Positions 1 through 9,231 of a stretch of 64,000 nt of DNA are shown in pieces. Positions within the stretch are counted from its first letter, which is position 1. Every line of letters starts with the position of its first letter. The stretch comes from Desulfobacterales bacterium (lineage in GTDB: Bacteria > Desulfobacterota > Desulfobacteria > Desulfobacterales > UBA5852), in NCBI GenBank assembly GCA_963674755.2, contig CAXXVS010000002.1:992001-1056000 (forward strand). Reading direction: 5' to 3'. The translations under genes and the position numbers were made by a program. The notes under the pieces are model-generated. The model did not search any database. It saw nothing but the letters and a program-made list of their open reading frames with translations, and was not told the origin of the DNA.

Positions 1-31
1 TGAAGCCCACTATTACTATGCGCATATCACC

Positions 32-391
32 ATGAGCAAAAAATCAGCTGATTTAGTACTGATTCAGAAGGGCGCCCAGCATGCACTTGAACAGCTCAAG
101 GGAATCGACGCCGGGATGTTTCGGAAAGGGCTTGATCAACTGGGATTGCCACGATCAAGCAAGGTAAGGTTGTCGCTGACGCGTATTTTCAGGGAATCCG
201 ATAATATTGAGGAGATGCTGACCGTTGTGGTGCAAGAAGCCGGCATTATCGCCAATTCTACAGACTGGCGACAACTCAAACAAGTCAAAGAGAACAGTGA
301 CGTCGCCTATCTTAACATTATTGTCGAATTACTCTGGAAGGCCGTGGCCAAAGAACGTTTGATAAAAACCCTGGAAGATATCCACAATTAA
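32..391 (+). CDS. hypothetical protein (119 aa, helical)
   Basis: ATG-started ORF converging on the 825-aa gene; no recognisable motif. Confidence 0.6.
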   Translation: MSKKSADLVLIQKGAQHALEQLKGIDAGMFRKGLDQLGLPRSSKVRLSLTRIFRESDNIEEMLTVVVQEAGIIANSTDWRQLKQVKENSDVAYLNIIVELLWKAVAKERLIKTLEDIHN

Positions 392-411
392 GTTATCAGA
401 ACGAATCCCCT

Positions 412-2889
412 TCAAGGCCTGACAGCGCGAAACCATCCACAATCTTTGGAATCCTGTTTTGTAATGGATGGAGCCGATGCGGCCAGCGGCTTGACGACAT
501 CTACCAGAATGATCCATCCTCCCGAATACCGTTTAAAGCTGTCCGACGACCAATACCAATTGCTTACAGCCCCCGGGAAAGGGTTGGGACCACTGAAGAG
601 GATCGCGAGCTCTTTAGCCGTGGGTAATCGCCAGTCGGAATAACCGCCTGTCTTCATGGATTTCACGTATTGCTTTGCTTCATCATAGGTCATGCACTTG
701 CCGGTCGATAACCGTGAATCAAGCAATGTCCAAGTCAATCCGGTTTTTGAATCGAAAACCGTACTTGGCTTCTTAATCGAAAACCGTCCTTGTTTTTTGC
801 TGAAGAGTTGTTGCAGCCGGTCCACTTCCAATTGACTTTCCCGGCGTGCCAGTTGATTCCTGGTTTTAGCAAGTTCAGCTTGTATGAGCGGAACGGCTGG
901 GCTGTTAGGTGAATTTTGCAAGAATTGTTCAAAGACCGAGCGGGCTTTTTCGGGATCGGCGTCTTTGCCGCCAGCTTTGGCGATGAGCGCATCCAATACG
1001 CTTTTATTTTGAAGGTTGATTTGATACACATCTCGTTTTTCTTTTAGATTTAGAGCATACCGCGAGTCACGGTAGATATTGATGTAGCGGTTGCTCAATC
1101 GGATGCATTGGTTCCAGTCTTCACTTTTTTCACACTGTGCCAATGCCCCTTCGACATCCCGATAATAAGGTGCTTCAATATTGCGCAGGATATTTCGGAC
1201 TTGGGCGACATGCCGACCATCAGGATGCTGCTGTAAATAGGCCGCCCCAGCGTTAGCGACTTCCTCAGGCTTATTTTTCGATATTGCCGAAATATATTGA
1301 TAGTCGCGTTCATCCATCAAACCGGGAAGCTCGGCGGCCTTGTTGCGGATTTCGTCGGCCCAAGCAGAATTCCCATGGTTTGCCAGAAATTTATCGTATA
1401 ACGTCCGGATATCTTCATACCGCTCTTCGGCATACAGTTTTTCAGCGCTTTGACTGACGGATTTGAAATCACGTTGAGCGATGCGTCTCTGAAGGGACTC
1501 AATATGATTGGCTGCGCGCGCCCGGAGTTCTTTGTCGTCGGAATCGTCCAAATAGGTCTTGAAGATGCGAATTTGAGCCTCAAGCGAAGGCTGTTCCTCC
1601 GCTTTGTGAACGGTTTCGACATACGCTTCCTCAAGGCGCTGTTGCTTGAAATAGAAGTACCAAAAGATAGACCCGCTAACCAAAAAAACGGTCAAGGTGA
1701 CGAATGCCACACGCGCATAGCGTTTGAGATTGAGTTTCTTTTTGGGCTGTTCAACTTTCCAGTTTTGGCTCTGGCAGAACTCCAGAATATGCTGACGGGC
1801 TTCATCCGGAAGGGTGCCAAAGCTAACCGCCTTACGAAGCAGGAAGTGGAAGTATTCTATCTTGAGAACATTTTTGCTTATGGCAAGGCTTATATCTTTA
1901 CTCAGGTTTTTCAGCAGTGAACGTGCGCGACTGAGGTCGTAGGCGTAGCGGCTTTCATCGGATTTGAAGATCGAAATGCATTGCCCTGCCAGAACACTGC
2001 TTGCTGTTACGAAAGCGTCTTTTTGGGCGATTTTACGAACCTCTTTTTCTTTTTCAACAGCTTTATTTTGTAATGCCTCAAGTGGAGATCCAGGGAAAAG
2101 GCCCAAAAAACTGTATAGTGAATCCTGCTCCACGATTTTCAAATTTTCATTGATGAATTGCTCAACGGTGCTGTCAATGCTGTATGCATGCTCGGCCTCG
2201 GATAGGGATCCTTTTTTAATGGGGCAACGCACCCGACGCAAAATTTCACCTTGATCTATAGCGTAAATCTCGGCCAGACTCGAAATTTCTCTTTCGGACA
2301 TGAACCCCTTCCGAATCTGGATATTGATGTACGCTTCGAGTTCGGCAGATCGCTCATCCAAGAGGTTCTTTAATTTTTCATGAACCGCTTCCGGTGTTGT
2401 CTGAAATTGGGACGCAATTTTTTCGAGCGTTTTTTCATCAGGTTTCCCATCAATCAGAAGGTGATTCAAATAGGTTTCAAGTTCATGGCCATGTTTTTTC
2501 TGCCAAAGCTCAGCTCTTCTTTGAATGATTTGAGGTTTTACCTTATGGAATTCCGCTAAGCGTGCGATTTCTTGCTCACTAATGGTGCCTTTTGAGCCTA
2601 ATAAATACACATGACGATCAATGGCTTTGAATTTTGTTTCCAGCTTTTTCTTGATCAACGCGATAGCGTTGCGTGCTTCTTTTTCCCGCAGTTCGGGATC
2701 CGCCATCGTTTTCCGAATTTCGGTCACGAGACTGATGAATTGGCGTGCTTGGGTACCTTTAGTAGGATGATTCCTCAGACGGCTCCATTCGGCCTGTTTT
2801 CGCTTGATAGCCGATTCAATGACATCAGGATCGGATTCGGGGGGATTGATTTTCAATTCCAGCAGTTGATAGAAATTTAGCCTGCTCAT
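412..2889 (-). CDS. membrane protein: degenerate J-domain(s) + TerB-like repeats + single TM + helical repeats + C-terminal DUF1566/Lcl_C domain
   Basis: N-term NFYQLLEL..IESAIKRKQAEW..HPTKG..ARQF..DPELR resembles a J-domain; second J-like unit LYSFLGL..FKSDESRYAYD; TM at aa ~392-414; C-term VFDSKTGLTW..MTYDEAKQY..GGYSDWRLPTAKEL..WYWSS..FRAVR is the DUF1566 pattern. Confidence 0.8.
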   Translation of the reverse strand: MSRLNFYQLLELKINPPESDPDVIESAIKRKQAEWSRLRNHPTKGTQARQFISLVTEIRKTMADPELREKEARNAIALIKKKLETKFKAIDRHVYLLGSKGTISEQEIARLAEFHKVKPQIIQRRAELWQKKHGHELETYLNHLLIDGKPDEKTLEKIASQFQTTPEAVHEKLKNLLDERSAELEAYINIQIRKGFMSEREISSLAEIYAIDQGEILRRVRCPIKKGSLSEAEHAYSIDSTVEQFINENLKIVEQDSLYSFLGLFPGSPLEALQNKAVEKEKEVRKIAQKDAFVTASSVLAGQCISIFKSDESRYAYDLSRARSLLKNLSKDISLAISKNVLKIEYFHFLLRKAVSFGTLPDEARQHILEFCQSQNWKVEQPKKKLNLKRYARVAFVTLTVFLVSGSIFWYFYFKQQRLEEAYVETVHKAEEQPSLEAQIRIFKTYLDDSDDKELRARAANHIESLQRRIAQRDFKSVSQSAEKLYAEERYEDIRTLYDKFLANHGNSAWADEIRNKAAELPGLMDERDYQYISAISKNKPEEVANAGAAYLQQHPDGRHVAQVRNILRNIEAPYYRDVEGALAQCEKSEDWNQCIRLSNRYINIYRDSRYALNLKEKRDVYQINLQNKSVLDALIAKAGGKDADPEKARSVFEQFLQNSPNSPAVPLIQAELAKTRNQLARRESQLEVDRLQQLFSKKQGRFSIKKPSTVFDSKTGLTWTLLDSRLSTGKCMTYDEAKQYVKSMKTGGYSDWRLPTAKELAILFSGPNPFPGAVSNWYWSSDSFKRYSGGWIILVDVVKPLAASAPSITKQDSKDCGWFRAVRP

Positions 2890-3218
2890 AAAACCCTCAT
2901 ATTCAAATAGGACCTTTAGCTGAAAAAAAAGAAATCAAAAATGCACCAAATATGCCAATATGAGCATTTTAGAAAAAAACAGTCTGGTTTTCAATACTAT
3001 ACACGCAATTGTTATTTTTGAACATAGCCGTTTCGGATCGTCATGGGTCTTCCGGACAACTCGTTTCCGCATGGCCGTACAATAGAGGGGGGGGGGCTCG
3101 ACGCGATAAGATCGATCAGTAAAGCCAGTCAATGATATGGGAGAATTCGTAGCGAAGGTACCGGTCAACAGATAAGAAGCTATATTCAAATGACACGCGT
3201 CTATGTCAAGGAGGTTAT

Positions 3219-3250
3219 GCCCCTAACAGCCGATGAGCGGCTTGTGGGGT
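3219..3250. terminator. GC hairpin downstream of the Hsp70 gene (possible terminator or stabiliser)
   Basis: GCCCC..AGCCG-ATGAG-CGGCT..GGGGT inverted repeat; no clear U-tract on the - strand. Confidence 0.35.
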
Positions 3251-3280
3251 TATCCTCTCTTTGAGAAAACGGGAGGGTGG

Positions 3281-4945
3281 CTAGTGAACCACTAGATGTT
3301 GAGCCCTCTCAATGGCTTCTTCCAGTTCTTTACCCTGAATGACAGAGCTCGTTTCGATTTTAGCCACAACTTGACGGTTCTCTGTCGCTTCCATTGCTGT
3401 AATTTGTAATCGCCCTTCACGGTTGAGGTTGAAATTGATTTCAACCGGAGAATCCTCGGGAAGACCTTCGGGTAAATCCAACACCGCCGTACCGATTTCG
3501 ATAGAGTGTTCAACGGAAACGACTTTTTCGTTGGTTTCGTTTTCCATAATACGGATGAGGACACGTTCCTGGTTGGATTCCGGGGTGTAAAAGGTGCGCT
3601 TGGTTTCGACCGGAACCGCCGTGTTCTTCAAAATAAGGTTGAAAACGCCCTCCTTATTGTTGGGGCGACGTGCCACAACGCCGAAGCTTTTGCTGGCAAC
3701 ATCTCTGATGCGCATCGTTGATTGCCGTACTGCGGAAAGGGTCACCCCGGTTTCTTCGGACATCTGCTTGGCGACTTCTTCCATGATTTGCTTGGGTGTG
3801 GTTTCAATGATGTTCTCTTCGTGCTCGATATTGCGATTTGTTTTTTGCGCAATTCGACGGATCAGGCCATCGTTTAGCGACAATTTCCAGCCATAGATGG
3901 CAGCGCCCTTGGCGACGGCTTCATCCGGGTCGAACATGCGCGGCTCTATGCTGAATTCCTGGCGAATGCGCTCGGGAATCTGGGGCATGCGAGTCGATCC
4001 TCCGACCATGATAATTTCGTCAAAATGCTCATAGCCTTTGTTTTTCGCTTCTTTGAGCATTTCATGTGTGAGGGCTATGGTGCGCTCTAGGAGGTCTTCG
4101 GAAATTTCAAGAAACTTATCCCGGCTTAATTCAACCTTTACACGATCACCGCCATGGGTAATGGAGATAGGGGTTTTATCCCTCTGTGAGAGGATTTTCT
4201 TTGACTTTTCCGATGAGAGCTGCAAGTCCTGCCATGTGTCAGGGTCTTCGAGAATATCTTCTTCCGATTGGGTTTGGCGCTGAAATTCCTGAACAAGGTA
4301 AGCCACAATGCGGTCATCCCAGTCTTTGCCGCCCAGATTATGGTCCCCCCCGGTACAAATGACGTCAATCGAATTTTCCTGGATATCAATCATCGTTATG
4401 TCGAATGTACCGCCACCGAGGTCGTATACCAGAACGACGCGGTTTTCCGTTTCCTGGACCGTGCCGTAAGCGATAGCCGCCGCGGTGGGTTCATTGATAA
4501 TCTGGCGGACATTAAAGCCGGCTATTTCACCTGCCTTGCGGGTAGCCTCGCGCTCATTGATACCAAAATAAGCCGGGCAGGTGATAACCACGTCCTGGAT
4601 TTTTTCACCGATTGTCTGCTCGGCATCCTGCGCGACTTTCCGAAGGATGTAGCTGGAGATTTCCTCCGGACGGTAGTTTTTGCCGTCGTATTCATAGAGG
4701 AAATTGGCTTCTCCCATGGAGCGTTTAATGAAGCTGACCACTTCATTCGGATAGAGTTTGGCGCTCTCTTTCGCTACATCGCCGACAACAATCTCGCTAC
4801 CGTCGAAGAAAACGACCGAGGGGGTGATACGTTGATTTTCCGCATTGGGAATGATGACCGGTTTACCGTATTCATCAACGTAGGCAATAGAAGAGTAGGT
4901 GGTTCCAAGGTCAATACCAAAAATTTTGTTGATTGGATCACTCAT
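3281..4945 (-). CDS. Hsp70-family protein (specialised DnaK paralogue lacking the helical lid)
   Basis: GIDLGTTYS, TCPAYF, INEPTAAA, VYDLGGGTFD, GGDHNLGGKDWD, MVGGSTRMP motifs; only 554 aa. Confidence 0.95.
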   Translation of the reverse strand: MSDPINKIFGIDLGTTYSSIAYVDEYGKPVIIPNAENQRITPSVVFFDGSEIVVGDVAKESAKLYPNEVVSFIKRSMGEANFLYEYDGKNYRPEEISSYILRKVAQDAEQTIGEKIQDVVITCPAYFGINEREATRKAGEIAGFNVRQIINEPTAAAIAYGTVQETENRVVLVYDLGGGTFDITMIDIQENSIDVICTGGDHNLGGKDWDDRIVAYLVQEFQRQTQSEEDILEDPDTWQDLQLSSEKSKKILSQRDKTPISITHGGDRVKVELSRDKFLEISEDLLERTIALTHEMLKEAKNKGYEHFDEIIMVGGSTRMPQIPERIRQEFSIEPRMFDPDEAVAKGAAIYGWKLSLNDGLIRRIAQKTNRNIEHEENIIETTPKQIMEEVAKQMSEETGVTLSAVRQSTMRIRDVASKSFGVVARRPNNKEGVFNLILKNTAVPVETKRTFYTPESNQERVLIRIMENETNEKVVSVEHSIEIGTAVLDLPEGLPEDSPVEINFNLNREGRLQITAMEATENRQVVAKIETSSVIQGKELEEAIERAQHLVVH

Positions 4946-5957
4946 CGATATTCCTCGTATCTACTGATTCGGTCTCATCTGCATAAACATAGACAGCAAC
5001 CATTTCCTGGCGAATGACTTTATCTTCCCACTCATAACCGGGGCGTAGACTCTTGGCAATGGTCTTATCCTTGGCGCTATCATCAGTGGAGATTTTTTTA
5101 ATCGCACGCTGTTTGGCGGGGTTGAAAATACCATCTTTGCTGGAATATGGTCTGACCCCTTGCCAATAAAAAATATCCTCCAGATCGGAAGGGATCGCCT
5201 CGAGATAACGAAACAGCTTTACGGGATCCCTTTGGGACACATCCAGAGATCGGAAATAGGTCAGCCATTTGCGGATATCATCGGCCACTTTGACCACATC
5301 AAGAACAATCGAAAGGATATGTTTTTTAACGATGTCCTGCTTATACTCCTGCAATTCCTGATGAAGCTTGTCGATGATTTTATCCTTATGGGCATCATAT
5401 TTCAGTTTGCCAATAAATTCATCTTTGAGTTCGCCCAACTGACGATTGATCAAATCCATCGCATGCTGCAAAGTCTCCGTTTCCGTTTCACCAATCACCG
5501 ATTCCACATCCTCACTATGGAATCCTTCTCCCTGAAGGTCTGGGGCCGCCTGATCTTCTTGTGCGATTTCACCGTCATTCCATATTGGGTCAAGCGCCTC
5601 ATTGGTAGCAGGTTCCGGGAGGTCATCGCCCGGGGCTACCGCATCGGCTGTAATTTCATCGGAGGGCTCATCGGCCACCTTGCCTTCGTCGTGATCGGGT
5701 GTTACATCAACCGGCAGGCTGGGCTCTTCGGTCTCGAAATTGTCATCGTCGGCAAACGGATCCGCTTTTAGGCCGACCTCAGCCAGTTCGTCTTCGTCGA
5801 ACAACGACGGGAGACCGACGCCTTTATCATCTTCCGATTTTGCCGCAGCATCATCGTTTTTCGTCTCAGCGGGGTCTGTTTCCACCGCTTCCGCTCTCGC
5901 GGATAGATCGTCCAACGGTATGCCGACTTCGTATTCTTCGTTATCCTGACCCATCAT
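4938..5957 (-). CDS. grpE: GrpE-family nucleotide exchange factor with long acidic N-terminal extension
   Basis: coiled coil then FNPAKQRAIKK..TIAKSLRPGYEWEDKVIRQEMVAVY GrpE beta-domain; overlaps the Hsp70 start by 8 nt; GAGG before ATG at 5957/5954. Confidence 0.85.
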   Translation of the reverse strand: MMGQDNEEYEVGIPLDDLSARAEAVETDPAETKNDDAAAKSEDDKGVGLPSLFDEDELAEVGLKADPFADDDNFETEEPSLPVDVTPDHDEGKVADEPSDEITADAVAPGDDLPEPATNEALDPIWNDGEIAQEDQAAPDLQGEGFHSEDVESVIGETETETLQHAMDLINRQLGELKDEFIGKLKYDAHKDKIIDKLHQELQEYKQDIVKKHILSIVLDVVKVADDIRKWLTYFRSLDVSQRDPVKLFRYLEAIPSDLEDIFYWQGVRPYSSKDGIFNPAKQRAIKKISTDDSAKDKTIAKSLRPGYEWEDKVIRQEMVAVYVYADETESVDTRNIDE

Positions 5958-6132
5958 AGCCTCACGAAAGATGAAATCAAATCCCAATCGAATTATTGAC
6001 CTTTTAATTTAAAACCTACAACAGCGAGAAAGTCAAGGTTTTCATGCTGATACAGCGGGTCAGTCAGAATTATATGCCGATAGACGCTCCCGAAATCGAC
6101 CATGATGTGGTCGTGGTTCCCCTACATAAAAT

Positions 6133-6174
6133 TGAAGCCGTCGGCCTGGCGTTTGGCCAGGGGCGACGGCTTCA
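6133..6174 (-). terminator. rho-independent terminator after fusA paralogue
   Basis: TGAAGCCGTCG..CCTGGC-GTTTG-GCCAGG..CGACGGCTTCA stem followed by ATTTTAT on the - strand. Confidence 0.75.
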
Positions 6175-6224
6175 GATGAGGAACAACAATGGGAACTATC
6201 AGCGCGATAGTCGCTGCAGCTTTT

Positions 6225-8300
6225 TTATTCTTCCGCTTTTTTTACCTCTTCAATTACTTTTTCGGCAATTTGGGCCGGGACTTCATCATAATGGGAAAAT
6301 TCCATGCTGTATATCCCGCGACCGCCTGTCATGGATCTGAGGTCAGGGGCATAGGTCAGGAACTCCGCCAAAGGGACATTCGCCTTAATCTGCTGATAGC
6401 GGCCGGCGTTTTCCATGCCTAGGACCCTGCCACGGCGCCCATTCAGATCGCCCATGATATCCCCCATGTATTCATCCGGGGTGGTGACCGTCACCTCCAT
6501 GATGGGTTCGAGCAGTACGGCAGTCGCTTCGGCGATTCCTTTCTTAAACGCCAGCGAGCCGGCGACCTTGAAGGCCATTTCGGACGAATCGACCGCATGA
6601 AAAGATCCGAAATCAAGGGTTGCACGAAAATCGACGGTTGGGAAGCCCGCTAAGACGCCCTTCTGAGCCGATTCGACAATCCCTTTCTCAACAGCTGGAA
6701 TATAGGTTTTGGGAATGACACCGCCCACAATGGCATCCACGAATTCAAACCCTGTTCCCCGCGGCAGAGGTTCGAATTGTACCCAGCAATCACCGAACTG
6801 GCCGTGGCCGCCGGTTTGTTTCTTGTGTTTGCCTTGAACACGGACTTTTTTCTTGATGGTCTCACGATAGGGGATTTTGGGCAGTTTCAGGTTGACATCA
6901 ACGCCGAATTTGCGCTTCATTTTTTCGATCGTCGCTTCGATGTGAACTTGGCCGCGACCTGAAAGCAGGATTTCATTGGTTTCTGAATTGCGTTCGAGCT
7001 TAAGGCCGGTATCTTCCTCCAAGAGCTTGTTCAGAGAAATATAGATCTTATCCTCGTCCCCTTTGGCTTTAGATTCCAGCGCAAAGGAGATAAGGGGGGG
7101 AAGGGGGTCGGCAAAGGCATATTTTATCTTGTCATTGTCGGCGCAAAGGGTATCACCAGTGGTGGATTCCTTCAGCTTGGCTACAGCCACGATGCTGCCC
7201 GGACCGGCGCCATCGGCAGGCTTCTGTTCCTTACCGGCCAATGTCAAAAGTTGATTGAATCGTTCTTTGGCTTCCTTGTTGGCGTTATAAAACGTGCCGT
7301 CGGAGCCCAGAGTTCCCGATACGACACGAAAAATGGAAAGTCTTCCGGCATAAGGATCGGCAACTGTTTTGAAAATAAAGGCGGAAAAAGGTGCATTCGG
7401 ATCCGGTTCACGCGTGATTTCCTTCTCGCCTCTAAGATCGGTACCTGTCTTAGCGCCGCGTTCAACAGGGGAGGGCAGGGAACTGACGACAATATCCAGT
7501 AGATTGTCCACACCAATATTGCCCACGGCCGATCCAAACGCCACGGGGGCGAATATGCGTTCGTTTACCCCCTTTTTCAGGGCGGCCTTCAATTCGTCAT
7601 CGGAAATGGTTTCGCCCTCAAGATACCGTTCAATGAGTTCATCGTCCGCTTCGGCAATATTTTCAATCAGGTTTTCGCGCTCTGAATCGGCAAGCTCCTG
7701 CAAATCGGCAGGGATGTCCGTTGTACGGGGTTTGCCGCTATCGTCGTAGACATAGGCTTTCATGCTGATGAGGTCGATGACGCCTTTAAAATCGCCTTCG
7801 GCACCGATCGGCAGCTGAATGATCATCGGCTTGGGGTCGCTCAGGGAATCTTTGATATCCTGAAAGGCTTTGGTGAAATCAGCCCGTTCTTTTTCCATCT
7901 TGTTGACAAAAATCATGGCCGGCATCTTGAAATCCGCAGTGAAGTCCCACGCCTGTTCCGTTTGAACCCTGACGCCGTCAACCGCATCGACGACAAACAA
8001 TGCGATATCAGCGCCCTGCATACAATTTTTGGTATCGGTAAAAAAATTCTGGTCACCTGGGGTGTCGATAATGTTAATCGTGTGTTTCTTCCATTCGAAC
8101 TGGTGAATGCCGCTGCTGAGGCTGGCTTGGCGCTTCAATTCTTCGGGCTCGAAATCCATCTGAGTGTTGCCGTCCTCGACACGGCCGATACGATTGGATT
8201 TGCCGGCTTTGTAGAGCATGACTTCAGCCAATGAGGTTTTCCCTGCACCATTGTGCGCCACCAAGGCAATGTTTCGAATTTGTTCTGCATTAACAGCCAT
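6225..8300 (-). CDS. fusA: elongation factor G paralogue (EF-G2 type)
   Basis: IRNIALVAHNGAGKTSL, DTPG, NKME, YRETI, KKQTGGHGQFG, HAVDSSEMAF, LLEPIM motifs. Confidence 0.93.
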   Translation of the reverse strand: MAVNAEQIRNIALVAHNGAGKTSLAEVMLYKAGKSNRIGRVEDGNTQMDFEPEELKRQASLSSGIHQFEWKKHTINIIDTPGDQNFFTDTKNCMQGADIALFVVDAVDGVRVQTEQAWDFTADFKMPAMIFVNKMEKERADFTKAFQDIKDSLSDPKPMIIQLPIGAEGDFKGVIDLISMKAYVYDDSGKPRTTDIPADLQELADSERENLIENIAEADDELIERYLEGETISDDELKAALKKGVNERIFAPVAFGSAVGNIGVDNLLDIVVSSLPSPVERGAKTGTDLRGEKEITREPDPNAPFSAFIFKTVADPYAGRLSIFRVVSGTLGSDGTFYNANKEAKERFNQLLTLAGKEQKPADGAGPGSIVAVAKLKESTTGDTLCADNDKIKYAFADPLPPLISFALESKAKGDEDKIYISLNKLLEEDTGLKLERNSETNEILLSGRGQVHIEATIEKMKRKFGVDVNLKLPKIPYRETIKKKVRVQGKHKKQTGGHGQFGDCWVQFEPLPRGTGFEFVDAIVGGVIPKTYIPAVEKGIVESAQKGVLAGFPTVDFRATLDFGSFHAVDSSEMAFKVAGSLAFKKGIAEATAVLLEPIMEVTVTTPDEYMGDIMGDLNGRRGRVLGMENAGRYQQIKANVPLAEFLTYAPDLRSMTGGRGIYSMEFSHYDEVPAQIAEKVIEEVKKAEE

Positions 8301-8409
8301 TTATGCTCCTCTCTGCCATAAAATGATGAACCATACCCCAAATGCTGCCGAATTCGCTAAAGTCATTTCAACTACCTGTGCCTACTAAAAAAATCAAGGA
8401 GAAAATTCG

Positions 8410-9165
8410 CTATCGCCCTCCTGTCGCCGGTTTCCGAAGAAACGCCAGGAATTCCTTGTTGCCCTTCGGCCCTAGGATAGGGGAGGGAACGACGCGCGGG
8501 CATCTCAACTCTACCGATTCAAAAAAACCACGCAGTGACATGATGACGTCATCATGCAGGCGCTTATCCTTGACGACGCCGCCCTTGCCTACCTGCCCTT
8601 TGCCGACCTCGAATTGCGGTTTGATAAGGGCGATGATGTTAGCAACGGGTTTCAGCAAGGGGAGAATCGCAGGAACGATCAGGCGCAGTGAAATAAAGGA
8701 AACATCGATCGTCACCAGATCGACCTTCTCTGGAATTTGATGATGACTGATTTGGCGGGCGTTGGTGCGTTCGATGACGATCACCCGGTCATCTTGACGC
8801 AACTTCCAGGCCAATTGACCGTATCCCACATCCACGGCATACACCCGCTGGGCCCCATGTTGCAGAAGACAATCCGTGAAGCCTCCCGTAGAAGCACCGA
8901 TATCCAGACACACCGCCGCCTGGAGGTTGACTTCAAACGCCTCCAAAGCTTTTTCGAGCTTGAGACCGCCCCGGCTTACATAGGGGAAATCCTTTTGCTT
9001 CAAGGCAATGGTTGCGGCGGTCGAAACGATGCTGCCGGGTTTGGCCGCGGGAAATCCATTCACAAGAACGGCGCCATCCTTGATCAGGGCACGGGCCCGT
9101 TCCCGACTGGCAGCGAGATGGCGTGCCACCATGAGTTGGTCGAGGCGTTGTTTGTCTGACGTCAT
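8410..9165 (-). CDS. tlyA: TlyA-family rRNA 2'-O-methyltransferase
   Basis: KQRLDQL, YVSRGGLKL, DIGASTGGFTDCLL, VDVGYGQL, DVSFISL, KPQFE, SPILGPKGNKEF. Confidence 0.95.
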   Translation of the reverse strand: MTSDKQRLDQLMVARHLAASRERARALIKDGAVLVNGFPAAKPGSIVSTAATIALKQKDFPYVSRGGLKLEKALEAFEVNLQAAVCLDIGASTGGFTDCLLQHGAQRVYAVDVGYGQLAWKLRQDDRVIVIERTNARQISHHQIPEKVDLVTIDVSFISLRLIVPAILPLLKPVANIIALIKPQFEVGKGQVGKGGVVKDKRLHDDVIMSLRGFFESVELRCPRVVPSPILGPKGNKEFLAFLRKPATGGR

Positions 9166-9231
9166 GGGATCACGGGGCAATGCATGGAGGGCGGGGAAGG
9201 CAGGGGCCGCAGGCAGGGCGCTGGTAATCAA

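Noticed and set aside
412..760. DUF1566 C-terminus as a diversity-generating retroelement target
   Set aside because: No reverse transcriptase and no second near-copy (template repeat) of this 3' end was seen in the window; a remote DGR cannot be excluded.
5958..6130. CIRCE element or canonical heat-shock operon upstream of grpE
   Set aside because: No TTAGCACTC-N9-GAGTGCTAA and no hrcA or dnaJ; the Hsp70 is atypical.
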